Positions 18,801 to 27,020 are shown, counted from the stretch's first letter. The stretch is DNA of 64,000 nucleotides from a bacterium (GCA_041690355.1 JAWLHK010000016.1:1-64000); one strand, 5' to 3'. Translations and numbers: made by a program. Notes: a model not told the origin generated them from the sequence alone.

Positions 18801-21798
18801 CTACGGCACCAACATCGGCCAGTCGGTGGGCGTCGTCGCCTTCGACGGGGTCGCCGCACAGATTCTCAGCTGGTCCGATACCGAGATCCGGGTCATCGTG
18901 CCGCCGACGGCTCCCGTGGGCAACACCAACGTGGTCGTCTCGGTCGAGGGGGTCCCCAGCCCGGCCTTCCCCTTCCTCGTCGAGCCGGGTATCGTCTCAG
19001 TGCTCCCGCCGGCGGGCCCCGTCGGCATCGAGGTCAAGCTCGTCGGCGGCGGATTCGGCGACAGCCAGGGCGGTTCGACCCTGACGATCGGCGGAATCAC
19101 CCCGACGATCAACCTGTGGTCGATGACCGAAATCCGCTTTGTCGTCCCCGCGGGCATCGGCGGCAAGACGCAGCTCATCGAGCTCACCGTCGACGGCATC
19201 GCCGGCTCGCCGGAGACATTCGTGGTCATTCCGAACATTTCGGGCATGACGCCTGTTTCGGGCGGCACGGGCACGGTGATCACCTTGACGGGCACAAACT
19301 TCGGCTTCAACCAGGGCACCAGCCGTGTGCTCATCGGCGGCTTTCCCGCAATCATCGACAGCTGGTCGAACACGCAGGTCGTCGTCCGGGTACCCGAGGG
19401 GGTCATCTCCGGCGTGATTCCCGTCATGGTTCAGGTATCGGGGCTCACGAGCAGCCCCGTGTACTTCGAGCACACGCAGCCTTGGATCGATCATCGTTAT
19501 CCGCGCGCGGGAACGGCGAACACGGTGCTCTGGCTGGTGGGTGACTACTTCGGCGCCGTGAGCGGAACGGTGGCCGTAGGAAACGCTGACGCGACCGTGC
19601 TCTCCTGGACGGACGCCCTCGTTTCGGTGCGCATCCCCGCGGTTCTGCCCGCAGGGGGCAATCCGGTCACGCTGACGACGGCGACCGCAATCACGAGCAA
19701 CACAGTCCCGTTCCTGGTCAGGGGCAACGATATGTGGGTCCCCGACGATCGTCCTGAGCCGCGTACGACCGAAGGGGTCTGGACCGGCAAGGAACTTCTG
19801 CTCTGGGGCGGAAGTATCCTGGGGGTCGGCTATCAAGGCACCGGGTACCGCTATAATCCGCTCACCGACTCCTGGCTGCCGATGTCGAACGTCGGGGCAC
19901 CGGAAGGCCGGCAGTACCACACCATCGTTTGGACCGGCAAGGAAGCAATCGTCTGGGGCGGACAGGGTGCCATGTACTATGGCAACGGAGCGCGGTACAA
20001 TCCGACGACCGACACCTGGACGCCGGTTTCCACCACCGACGCGCCGGTTGGACGGCGCCGCCATACGGCGGTCTGGACCGGCGAGGAGATGATCGTCTGG
20101 GGCGGCGAAGACCCCTCCTACCGCAGCGACGGGGCCCGCTACAATCCGCAGACCGACACCTGGACGCCGGTTGCACAGGCGCCCCTGTATGCACGCTCCC
20201 TGCATTCCGCCGTGTGGACTGCCTCCGAAATGATTATCTGGGGCGGCGTCATCGGGACGAGCCTGAGCGACGGCGCGCGGTACAATCCCCGTACCGACAG
20301 CTGGTCGGCCATGTCGGAGTTCGGACGGCCGCAGCACCGGTACAATCACTCGGCGGTCTGGACCGGAACCGAGATGATCATCTGGGGCGGTTACTCGGAC
20401 GATGCGCCGTGGGATCTGCAGAGCGGCGGTCGCTACAACCCCGTCAACGACCGCTGGCTCCCGACCTCCATTACCGGAGTCCCTTCGCCCCGATCCGAGC
20501 ATCGCGCCATCTGGACGGGTACCGAGATGATCATCTGGGGCGGCGTGAACTGGGATTTCTGGACCTTCGACCCCATCGGCGGCCGCTATGATCCCGTCGC
20601 CGATACGTGGACGCCGACGAGCGGTTTCTCGGCCCCGCGCGGTCGAACCAATCCGGTGGTCGTCTGGACCGGCACCGAAATGCTGATCTGGGGGGGAACC
20701 GACGAAGATTATGACTTTCACCCGCACGAGGGGGGCCGCTACAGCCCCGCGACCGACACGTGGCTGCAGACGGGGCCGCTTTTCTCCTCGCCTCCTCCGG
20801 GGGTGAAGTACAACAAGGTGGTCTGGACCGGCTCGGAGATGATTTCGTGGGGCGGTTATGATGACCAATATTGGGACTACGTCAACACGGGCTCGATTTA
20901 CAATCCGGCCATGGACACCTGGCGCCCGACGTCGCTGACGGACGCCCCCGCGGGGCGCGAGGGTCACACGGCAATCTGGACGGGTACGCACATGATTGTC
21001 TGGGGCGGATGGATCGACAGCGGCCGCACCGATACGGGCGGTATGTACGACCCCGCGCTCGACACCTGGTTCCCCACTGCCCTGACGAATGCTCCCTCGC
21101 CACGAACCGGGCATACGGCGGTATGGACGGGCGACCAGATGATCATCTGGGGCGGATGGGCCTGCCCGCCCGGTTTCTCGTGCAACGAGACCGTGACCGG
21201 CAGCCGCTACTACCCACAGGACAATACGTGGGACACGGTCAGCACGACGGGGGTCTTCTATCCCCGCCAGAACCACACGGCGGTCTGGACGGGCACCCAC
21301 ATGATTGTCTGGGGGGGCTACGACAGTGGAAACGAGCTCGACCAGGGATACGCCTACGAAAACACCACCGATACGTGGACCGCGATTTCGAACTCGCCCC
21401 TCGACGACCGCTACCGCCATGGCGCCGTGTGGACCGGCCTCGGCATGGCCGTCTGGAGCGGCCGGGGCGAGAGCTACTGCTGCCCGTCCGACGGCGCCAT
21501 CTACTACCCGAACGGCAACACCTGGGCCGTCATGTCGACGACCGGCGCGCCGAGCCAGATCGAGTATCCCGTTACGCTCTGGACCGGAGAGGACATCCTC
21601 TTCTGGAGCGGCGACGTCGTCGGCATCGCACCCAAGAAGTACAACGTGCAGACGGATACCTGGATTCCCCTCTCGACGGTCAACCAGCCCATCTATCCGG
21701 CCTACGGCGACGCCGTCTGGACGGGCGAAGAGATGCTGACCTTCGGCGGGTATAACTGGTACGGCGGTCAATCGACCGTGGGAATGTATATTCCCTGA
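12838..21798 (+). CDS. 2986-aa surface lipoprotein: carboxypeptidase-regulatory-like domains, about 18 Ig-like repeats, 4 IPT/TIG domains, 14 Kelch-like repeats
   Basis: Lipobox VFASC; recurring DxAGN...LDxTxP units of about 95 aa; ISPxxGxxGxxVTIxGxNFG four times; HTAVWTGxEMIVWGG...YNPxTDTW fourteen times. Confidence 0.9.
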   Translation: MSIRRALCAAVLLVFASCTTELEHAGPYDPDSPVSLQARTSLSGRLSLEQSRDPREATVLVRYEGGQQQVTPDAEGNFLLEGIPPGRWTVTLEAPFFVTEQLSLTVTLGERIDLGTFDLRLVQSAVLGSLTVATPENGSAPSPGGALVNLTFTGSIGSPAVGAADATDSVAPQYSYSVVAQSDGTFGFEGIPAGLYSLSASKDNAGSAPLAVRVSGEPVLTVEPLELLPLTGDFSILTGAWTNQRTITLQLFGFNADEVQIGEDQGAGCTYPGGYVTYSFQATLTLSDQDGLHTVCVRYRDQAGRETADYRKTVTLDRAAPADIDVTFAEGSFTKSRLTTLRFTATGADRMRFAESIAALGTAAWQPFAATRSYTLPVSTDGVQTVYAEFSDLAGNTAGPAERAITLDQTIPSGSVSLNYGDPFTSSPFVIVSLNVTDATEVRLSEDQGFSDAVWGPFPASAERTFLLTPRNGEKTVYAQFRDAAGNVSETLSDSIQLDTTPVTYAYVNIPADVTSETTLTLQLGRGDPLVDQMMLSQTSDFSDGAGWESYVPFRPFTFTGADGTKRIYVKFRKSGTGAESSVVTDSYVLDRTPPDFASISLNAGAPYATTSQVTLSLSGSDATSGLQSLLLSENPALTGAVVEPYMLSKVISLSPGEGLRTVYARFGDRAGNFSAPVSASIVVDRTAPTISLFQAEDANGNPLMFSASSRVLLRMLAADAHPLQMQLSNGNTFAGSSWTPWQETVYWDVPLPTSPAGNLRTVWFKARDAAGHTVGPVSYTFTVDTLAPSGVTMSVAGAATKSRDVTVYFEPADATRIELSDTVGFQAPLSFAARSSTTYTLPAGDGVKYLYARFLDDAGNTSVTVSDQILLDTTPPRYADLTIADGAYTRLPSVTLLLTALDADVYQAAEGSCAGAWQPFTTSTAFAFTSPGEGLKTIALRYGDEAGNLSSCLKRTVTYDATPPEFTASPVVTVGTGASHVIDRAVPLTLAVTGATEMQVSENMAFVGAAWVPFNPTPTWNLSAGDGDKTIYARFRDAAGNVTITQSADVALDTVPPTFNAAVAPAVTSAVIVPITLTANGATAMRLSTAADFSDVSDWAPFAADATFYAGLTEGQRTIYIQLADPAGNESLVRSVEVLIDRTAPEPPTLSFTGGMYTRNETVTLQVIASDTTELQISQDPGFSGASWTSYASLKSVALLGGEGAKTVWVRARDAAGNVSTPPASATIVLDQTPPQITLHEIRDGAGTTITSTNQLRVYVALNVTDATPVTMQMSATGVFSASAVEPLQTLRAWDLAPPTNPLGDNRSIHVRLTDAAGNTIDAAPLPVLVDTIAPTSPSLAFASSLVSDATVKLNFGAFNADAIELSDDISFLLPSTFAMRADTDYTLPAGDGLKTVYARYLDLHGNATQIVAASTVLDTTEPQLAGFTIEQGAITNLSIINLSLSAIDAWEMQIAENACGGLWRPFESGYAHTFTSASEGLKQIRVRYRDRAGNPTACLPRQILVDRTAPIFTATPVVQINNGATTTTERTISMAFAVSGATEMIISEHPSFIEANWVPFAPTYSWALSPGFEEKTLYVKFRDAAGNETAERTDTVYLLPLTPAINASIIDGDYTRYTTVQVQVLASNAAFVMLGTQSDLSDGVWQAYEPVLPFTLSGSDGLKHVYVKIRDGYGNESNIVSDTITLDRVAPNVTLLEAQDSFGTPITYSQQTRYYIRMEVSDLSPVLVQYSPTNNFIGIIQEDFQPLRAWDAQPATDPDGEERSTYVRIVDRAGNVSYAGPVIVLVDNVGVTQEASRITISPSVVSDATVTVNLFSVTAEGAELAEDPLFTIPVQFSMRATTDYTFTPGDGLRTLYGRFFSGGSYEPTVTATVVLDTTPPQNVGFTVDEAPISPSTKIHIRSTTTGAYEMRIAEGTCGGAWVPFQPVYEYTFASGVNEMKTVAVQYRDHVNHQTLCITEDLMLDSSLANITGISPNRGGAGDVVTIYGTNIGQSVGVVAFDGVAAQILSWSDTEIRVIVPPTAPVGNTNVVVSVEGVPSPAFPFLVEPGIVSVLPPAGPVGIEVKLVGGGFGDSQGGSTLTIGGITPTINLWSMTEIRFVVPAGIGGKTQLIELTVDGIAGSPETFVVIPNISGMTPVSGGTGTVITLTGTNFGFNQGTSRVLIGGFPAIIDSWSNTQVVVRVPEGVISGVIPVMVQVSGLTSSPVYFEHTQPWIDHRYPRAGTANTVLWLVGDYFGAVSGTVAVGNADATVLSWTDALVSVRIPAVLPAGGNPVTLTTATAITSNTVPFLVRGNDMWVPDDRPEPRTTEGVWTGKELLLWGGSILGVGYQGTGYRYNPLTDSWLPMSNVGAPEGRQYHTIVWTGKEAIVWGGQGAMYYGNGARYNPTTDTWTPVSTTDAPVGRRRHTAVWTGEEMIVWGGEDPSYRSDGARYNPQTDTWTPVAQAPLYARSLHSAVWTASEMIIWGGVIGTSLSDGARYNPRTDSWSAMSEFGRPQHRYNHSAVWTGTEMIIWGGYSDDAPWDLQSGGRYNPVNDRWLPTSITGVPSPRSEHRAIWTGTEMIIWGGVNWDFWTFDPIGGRYDPVADTWTPTSGFSAPRGRTNPVVVWTGTEMLIWGGTDEDYDFHPHEGGRYSPATDTWLQTGPLFSSPPPGVKYNKVVWTGSEMISWGGYDDQYWDYVNTGSIYNPAMDTWRPTSLTDAPAGREGHTAIWTGTHMIVWGGWIDSGRTDTGGMYDPALDTWFPTALTNAPSPRTGHTAVWTGDQMIIWGGWACPPGFSCNETVTGSRYYPQDNTWDTVSTTGVFYPRQNHTAVWTGTHMIVWGGYDSGNELDQGYAYENTTDTWTAISNSPLDDRYRHGAVWTGLGMAVWSGRGESYCCPSDGAIYYPNGNTWAVMSTTGAPSQIEYPVTLWTGEDILFWSGDVVGIAPKKYNVQTDTWIPLSTVNQPIYPAYGDAVWTGEEMLTFGGYNWYGGQSTVGMYIP

Positions 21799-21969
21799 GG
21801 ATGCCCAGGCCCTTGGCCATGGGCTTTGACCAATGCCAGTGCCCAGCGGGCCTTCGGCAATGGCCCAGGCCAATGAGCGATGCTCAACGGGGCGGTGACG
21901 GGAGTTGAATTGAACCGTCACGCTCTGCCCCGTCGACCTGAAGGCAACGTCCCCTTCTGAACGCGGACT

Positions 21970-22004
21970 AAAAAAGGCGGCCCTGTGGGGCCGCCTTTTT
22001 CTTT
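21970..22004. terminator. bidirectional intrinsic terminator
   Basis: AAAAAAGGCGGCCC-TGTG-GGGCCGCCTTTTT between convergent genes. Confidence 0.9.
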
Positions 22005-22021
22005 GGAGAGGGAGGGAAGGA

Positions 22022-23047
22022 TTACTCGGTGGCGCTCACCGGCGTCGCCTCGGGCATCTTGAGCGGCGGCTTCCACTGGGCGCGCTCGGCTTCGATGTCG
22101 TCGTCGCCGCGGGCCATCATGCGCACGACGACACCCTCATCGCGAATGAGGTGCTTGAGGTCAAACCAGGTGAGCCCTTCGAAGCCGCCCATGAGCGCAT
22201 TCGTGCGCGTCAGCAGCTGGCGCGCGTCCTTCATGGTCTCAGGCATCCCCTGCATGGCCGTGTCGACCTCGCCGATCATGCGGTTGATGCGCTCCAGATC
22301 GAACTTGGAGAGCTGCACGGCGAACTGTTCGATGCGCGGGCCGTTGGCCTCGATGAGCTTGTTGGCGTTGTCGAGCGTATGCTGGGTCGTATCGATCAGC
22401 CGCTCGACCTTCGGGCCGGCCTTCGTCGTCGCATCGAAGGCCGCGTCGACGATCTGGTCGATCTTGGGACCGTTGCGCTCGATCATCCGGTCCAGGTTCA
22501 CCGTCAGATTTCCGAGCGACTCGACCACCTTCGGGATGTCTTTCTCGTTCTGCTCGAGAATCGTCGAGATGACCCTGACGAGCCGGCCGACGTCGTCGGG
22601 ATTGATCTTGGCGAGCAGCGGTCCGATCTGGCTGGCGAGGTCGGGCAGCTCGGCCTGCACGTAGGTGTTCTCGATGACATCGCCGTCCTGGAGCGCGGGG
22701 GCATCGCCGGGCTGCGGAATCAGCTCGATGAACTTCTCGCCGAGCAGGCTCTTCGCCTTGATGGTCGCCGCCACGTTGCGCTTCATGCCCACGTCGGGGT
22801 TCAGATAGAGCGTGATGCGCGCCTTGCCGTTGTCGACCCGCAGCTTGCCGATGCTGCCGACCTGGATGCCGGCGATGCGCACGCTGCCGTTCTCGACCAG
22901 CCCCTGCGCGTCGTCAAAGACGGTCTCGACCTCGATGCCGCCGCCGGTGCGCACGCTGCCGACCCGCATGGCCAGATAGCCGAAGAGAATCAGGACAACG
23001 GTGACGAAGACTCCGAGAAGAACCAGACGGTTTCTTTGATCTGCCAT
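22022..23047 (-). CDS. mlaD: MCE/MlaD family protein with long helical C-terminus
   Basis: N-terminal TM; FDDAQGLVENGSVRIAGIQVG; SLLGEKFIELIP. Confidence 0.9.
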   Translation of the reverse strand: MADQRNRLVLLGVFVTVVLILFGYLAMRVGSVRTGGGIEVETVFDDAQGLVENGSVRIAGIQVGSIGKLRVDNGKARITLYLNPDVGMKRNVAATIKAKSLLGEKFIELIPQPGDAPALQDGDVIENTYVQAELPDLASQIGPLLAKINPDDVGRLVRVISTILEQNEKDIPKVVESLGNLTVNLDRMIERNGPKIDQIVDAAFDATTKAGPKVERLIDTTQHTLDNANKLIEANGPRIEQFAVQLSKFDLERINRMIGEVDTAMQGMPETMKDARQLLTRTNALMGGFEGLTWFDLKHLIRDEGVVVRMMARGDDDIEAERAQWKPPLKMPEATPVSATE

Positions 23048-23056
23048 GGACGGCTC

Positions 23057-23812
23057 CTAGTACATGATCGCTGTGAGAACGGCGTTGATGGTCACAATGC
23101 CGATCGCGCCCCAGACGATGGCCCGATTGGTAGCATCGCCCACCCCGCGCGCCCCGCCCTCGGCATAGAAGCCGGCGTAACAGACGATCGGGAAACAGAC
23201 GGCCGCAAAGGCCCCGCTTTTCAACAGAACGTTCAGCAGGTCGCGCGGCGTGATGAACCGGAACACTTCACTGAGAAACAGGCTTCCGTTCAGGTCGAAC
23301 TGGTAGACCGCGGCCAGGTAGCCCGCGGCAATGCAGGACCAGAGCGCCACGATCGTGATGAGCGGCCCCATGGCAATCGCGGCAATGACCCGGGGGGCAA
23401 TCAGAAACCGGTAGGGGTCGACCGACATGACCTCGAGCGCGTCAATCTGCTCGCGGATGCGCATGGTGCCCAGCTCGCTGGCCATGCCGCAGCCCGCCTT
23501 CGCGCCCACCAGGGCCGCGGCAAGAATCGGCGCCAGCTCGCGCACCGCCGCCATGGCCAGAAACATGCCGACCATGTCCTGCGCGCCCAGCAGGCGCATC
23601 ATCTGGTAGCCCTGCACGACGATGTTCAGGCCCACAAAAGCGGTCACGCTGATCACGATGGGCAGGCTCTCGATACCGATGCGCATCATCATCTTGATGA
23701 CCTCGCCCCAGAACATGCGGCCCGTGAACGCGCTGTAGGTGCGCGCATAGAAGACCGAGAGGTTGCCCACCTCGAAGAAAAACGGGGATACGATTGCGAC
23801 GGCGGCGCTCAT
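23057..23812 (-). CDS. mlaE: MlaE family ABC permease
   Basis: RELAPIL, ASELGTMRIREQIDALEVMSVDP, GGARGVG. Confidence 0.9.
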   Translation of the reverse strand: MSAAVAIVSPFFFEVGNLSVFYARTYSAFTGRMFWGEVIKMMMRIGIESLPIVISVTAFVGLNIVVQGYQMMRLLGAQDMVGMFLAMAAVRELAPILAAALVGAKAGCGMASELGTMRIREQIDALEVMSVDPYRFLIAPRVIAAIAMGPLITIVALWSCIAAGYLAAVYQFDLNGSLFLSEVFRFITPRDLLNVLLKSGAFAAVCFPIVCYAGFYAEGGARGVGDATNRAIVWGAIGIVTINAVLTAIMY

Positions 23813-24606
23813 CAGGACCCCACCGCTCCGAAGAAGAGCGTCGTGATGAAATAATTGGCGATCAGAACGGCGACGATCGACTGGACGACCGCCTGGTTGG
23901 CCGACCGGCCGACCCCTTCTGCACCGCCGGTGGCGTAGAAGCCGTAGTAGGTGCCCAGCACGCCGATGATGAAGCCGAAGATGGTCGTCTTCAGCGTCCC
24001 GTTCCACAGGTCCATCTGCGTCATGAAGGTGAAAAACGATTCGCTATAGGCGCCGCTGCTGACGAGATCCTGGACCATGGCCGCCCCATAGCCGCCGGTC
24101 ATGCCGAGGATGCAGGCGATGAAATTGAGAATCGGCGCGGCGATGACGAAGGCGAGAATGCGCGGCAGCACGAGCATGTGCATCGGGTCGATGGCGATGA
24201 GCTCGAGGGCGTCAATCTCTTCCTTGATGCGCATGGCGCCGAGTTCGGTCGCGGTCGAGGTGCCCCCCTGCGCCGAGATGAGCACGGCGGCGATGACGGG
24301 GCCGAGCTCGCGGAAGATCATCAGTCCGGTGAGGCCGCCGAGCAGCGTGTCGGCGCTGAAGATGGCGAAGACGCTGCCGGCCTGAATGGAGATGGCCACG
24401 CCGAGGCCGAAGTTGACGGCCATGACCGGAATCACACAGCGGCCGATCAGGTGCAGCGTAAGCGGAACCGTCTGCAGCAGGTATTCGCGCCCATGCACGA
24501 ACCCGCGGGTCGCAACAAGAAAGAATTCGCTGACCCGACCGAACACTTCAAAAAAGCGCTCGAATACCTGCAGGAGACCCGCCTGGGAACTCGTGGGAGA
24601 TGACAC
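23812..24606 (-). CDS. mlaE: MlaE family ABC permease
   Basis: RELGPV, TELGAMRIKEEIDALE, GGAEGVG; GTG start. Confidence 0.9.
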   Translation of the reverse strand: MSSPTSSQAGLLQVFERFFEVFGRVSEFFLVATRGFVHGREYLLQTVPLTLHLIGRCVIPVMAVNFGLGVAISIQAGSVFAIFSADTLLGGLTGLMIFRELGPVIAAVLISAQGGTSTATELGAMRIKEEIDALELIAIDPMHMLVLPRILAFVIAAPILNFIACILGMTGGYGAAMVQDLVSSGAYSESFFTFMTQMDLWNGTLKTTIFGFIIGVLGTYYGFYATGGAEGVGRSANQAVVQSIVAVLIANYFITTLFFGAVGS

Positions 24607-24612
24607 CCGACA

Positions 24613-24641
24613 AGTTTACACGCCGCTCCCCGAGCGGTCAA
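24613..24641 (-). promoter_or_regulatory. sigma70 promoter of mlaE-mlaE-mlaD (predicted leaderless)
   Basis: TTGACC-17 bp-TAAACT, then 6 nt to the GTG at 24606. Confidence 0.65.
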
Positions 24642-24662
24642 TCACGCAGCGCGTCATATTCA

Positions 24663-24784
24663 ATTGACGATTGACGATTTACAATTGACGATTTGCGGAA
24701 AGTGACGAGTGACGAATTCCAGCAAGGACCCTGAAGTATCTCGCCCTTGGTTCGTCAGTGCTTAGTGCTTGGCGCTTGGCGCTT
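24663..24784. repeat. heptamer tandem repeats flanking a short core
   Basis: ATTGACG ATTGACG ATTTACA ATTGACG ATTTGCG; AGTGACG twice; then AGTGCTT twice and GGCGCTT twice. Confidence 0.8.
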
Positions 24785-24829
24785 CATCCGCGCCTCGTCC
24801 CAGAGTCGAAAGCGAGGGGGCGCGCTTTC

Positions 24830-25291
24830 TCACCGCCCCGAAGAGCGCAGGCGGGTCGCCAGGGGAACCTTGCGCCGGCCCCGCCGGGGGGGGAAGTCAG
24901 GGCGGAACGGATTGGGCTGCGGCCCCATCCCCATGTAGTGGGGCACCGCCACCCCCGCCTCGATCAGCCGATCCGCAAGCTCGGCTCCATCCGGAAAGAA
25001 GACCCGCACCATGCGCCGCCCATACGGTTTGAAGCGGGGGGGTATCATGAAGTGCGCGGGAAGGTCGAGAAAGCAGAAGCGCAACGTCTTGCCCTCGGTG
25101 AGCTCCAGCGCCTGCTGACGCGCGTGTTCGGCGATGGTCTGCGTCCAGCCCGAAGGTTCGGGCGTATTCGCGCCGAACAGCCGATGCACCGAACGCCGGT
25201 AGACGTCGTCGTGCTCCCGGATATCCACTTCGACGATGTCGCCGGCAAGCCAGCGAACGCAATAGCCGATCTCGATGCCACCCTGCTCCAC
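24830..25291 (-). CDS. thermonuclease (SNase)-like protein with altered active site
   Basis: WLAGDIVEV (cf. VxDGDT), RLFGANTPE (cf. RLxGIDxPE), YGRRMVRV, LIEAGVA; TATACT 6 nt before the GTG. Confidence 0.65.
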   Translation of the reverse strand: MEQGGIEIGYCVRWLAGDIVEVDIREHDDVYRRSVHRLFGANTPEPSGWTQTIAEHARQQALELTEGKTLRFCFLDLPAHFMIPPRFKPYGRRMVRVFFPDGAELADRLIEAGVAVPHYMGMGPQPNPFRPDFPPRRGRRKVPLATRLRSSGR

Positions 25292-25437
25292 GGCCTCAGT
25301 ATAGGCGCATCGGCAGCGGCGGTGAAGGGAGTCGCCGGATCGCCGCGGAATTCGATGGCAAGCGGGTGCGAACGCTGTTTGGCAAGCCTTCACGCGGGTG
25401 GTATGATCACCGGTTCCACCTCTCTGCGGAGCGCATC

Positions 25438-26094
25438 ATGTACCGGCGGATCCTGCTTGCACCCATCCTGGCAACCATGGTTCTGCTGGCCTCGTGCGCG
25501 ACCGGCAACGCTCAAGAACGGAAGGATACCTCCATGGATCTTCGGACGCTGCTCGACCAGAAGAACGTCACGCTGCAACAGATTCGCGACCACCTGACGC
25601 CGCTCCCGCGCGAGGAGCGTATCCGCCAGGCCCTCGACCTCAAGCGCGGCCAGATGAAGCTGCTGTGGACGCTCACGGAGAACAGCGAGCGCCTGCGCAT
25701 GGACGAGATCGTGCCGCCGGATTCGAAGCCGCTCGAGCCGGTCCCCTTCGAGGGGCTGAACAACCAGCCGATCTACCGCTACTTCCAGAAGGTCATGTAC
25801 CGCACGCCCGACGGCAAGATCGCCGGCTACAACAACTCCGACGCCGCCTGGTTCGCGGGCCCCGGCTACTACATCATGAACGAGAACGACAAGGGGATGT
25901 TCGTCGACTATACGCAGATCCCCAAGGAGAAGCCCGCCTCGTGGCCGCCCATCAAGGAGAACACCGAGGGGCTCTCGCAGTTCGTCTACGGCAACATGCA
26001 CGACTACCTGCGGCGCATCCACGACCTCTTCATCATCGGCCGCGCCTACCGCCACGGTAAGGAGTCGGGGAATTATTTCATCCTGATTCGCTGA
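25438..26094 (+). CDS. hypothetical lipoprotein
   Basis: Lipobox LLASC; strong high-GC codon bias; followed by a terminator. Confidence 0.75.
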   Translation: MYRRILLAPILATMVLLASCATGNAQERKDTSMDLRTLLDQKNVTLQQIRDHLTPLPREERIRQALDLKRGQMKLLWTLTENSERLRMDEIVPPDSKPLEPVPFEGLNNQPIYRYFQKVMYRTPDGKIAGYNNSDAAWFAGPGYYIMNENDKGMFVDYTQIPKEKPASWPPIKENTEGLSQFVYGNMHDYLRRIHDLFIIGRAYRHGKESGNYFILIR

Positions 26095-26122
26095 CGATTC
26101 ACCAACAGCTCCATGCAGATGT

Positions 26123-26154
26123 AAAAAAACGCCCACGGTTCCGTGGGCGTTTTT
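26123..26154. terminator. intrinsic terminator
   Basis: AAAAAAACGCCCACGG-TT-CCGTGGGCGTTTTT. Confidence 0.85.
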
Positions 26155-26334
26155 GCGTGGATAAAAGAACTACTCCGGCATGCCCGTGGCCGTCCGATCC
26201 GTGCTACCCGGATATCGCCTTCCCGGCTGATTCCACGTGCTGCGATGCACGCCTTCGGATACAAACCACGGGTCCTCGACACGGCCCGCCCGCAAGCGAC
26301 AACGGGCCATTGCGCTCCTATGCTTTCATGCCCC

Positions 26335-26358
26335 CATGACAGCGTATGTGCTATCATG
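26335..26358 (+). promoter_or_regulatory. putative TA autoregulatory operator overlapping an extended -10
   Basis: Inverted repeat CATGACAGC-N6-GCTATCATG (1 mismatch) containing TGcTATCAT, 16 nt before the toxin ATG. Confidence 0.55.
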
Positions 26359-26374
26359 GGATCGACGGGAAAAC

Positions 26375-26794
26375 ATGAAGATTGTCGTCGATACGAATGT
26401 GCTGCTGGCCGCGCTTCGCCATCGCGGTCCGAGCGCGAGTGTCGAAGTCCTGCGCCGGTGCCTGACGGGTCAGGCACAGCCACTCGTGGGTACCGCCCTC
26501 TTCCTCGAATACGAAAGCGTATTTGCACGAACCGAACCTTTTCGCGGAAGCGTCCTCTCCATCCAGGAACGCACGGAGGTTCTCGACGCCTTTCTCTCGG
26601 TCTGCGCATGGACGAAAATATATTTTGGATGGCGACCGAACCTGCCGGACGAGGGCGACAATCATCTGCTCGAATTGGCCATCGCCGGTGGTGCGGAAGC
26701 CGTCGTTACCAAAAACGTACGGCACTTCCGGGTTTCCGAACTGCGGTTTCCGCTTCGCATCTTGACGCCCGAGCAGTTTATCCAGGAGAAATAG
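26375..26794 (+). CDS. PIN-domain toxin (VapC/PIN_3-like)
   Basis: MKIVVDTNVL, LEYE, PDEGDNHLLELAIAG, VTKNVRHF. Confidence 0.9.
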   Translation: MKIVVDTNVLLAALRHRGPSASVEVLRRCLTGQAQPLVGTALFLEYESVFARTEPFRGSVLSIQERTEVLDAFLSVCAWTKIYFGWRPNLPDEGDNHLLELAIAGGAEAVVTKNVRHFRVSELRFPLRILTPEQFIQEK

Positions 26795-26795
26795 G

Positions 26796-27020
26796 ATGCC
26801 CACCCTCACCATACGGCTGCCCGAAGAGAAGCACGATCGCCTGCGCAACCTTGCCAAAGCCCGGGGTATCAGCCTCAACAAGCTGATCGATGAGCTGGCG
26901 ACGCAGGCGCTCGTCGAACAGGATGTCGCCACCCGTTTTCTCACCAGGGCGCAGCGCGGGTCACCGAAGCGCGCGTTGGCCTTGCTGAAGAAGATTGAAC
27001 AGGCCGGCAAGGGAGAATAG
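26796..27020 (+). CDS. ribbon-helix-helix antitoxin (HicB-like)
   Basis: TLTIRLPEEKHDRL...ARGISLNKLI; 1 nt after the toxin stop. Confidence 0.85.
   Translation: MPTLTIRLPEEKHDRLRNLAKARGISLNKLIDELATQALVEQDVATRFLTRAQRGSPKRALALLKKIEQAGKGE

Noticed and set aside
19770-21760. Diversity-generating retroelement target in the Kelch repeats
   Set aside because: No reverse transcriptase and no template/variable repeat pair with adenine-specific differences was seen.
18997-21921. 974-aa antisense ORF, and similar long ORFs at 4071-6131, 16870-18699, 27038-28870, 30043-32154 and 51857-53419
   Set aside because: Shadow frames of well-supported genes in high-GC DNA; no motifs.
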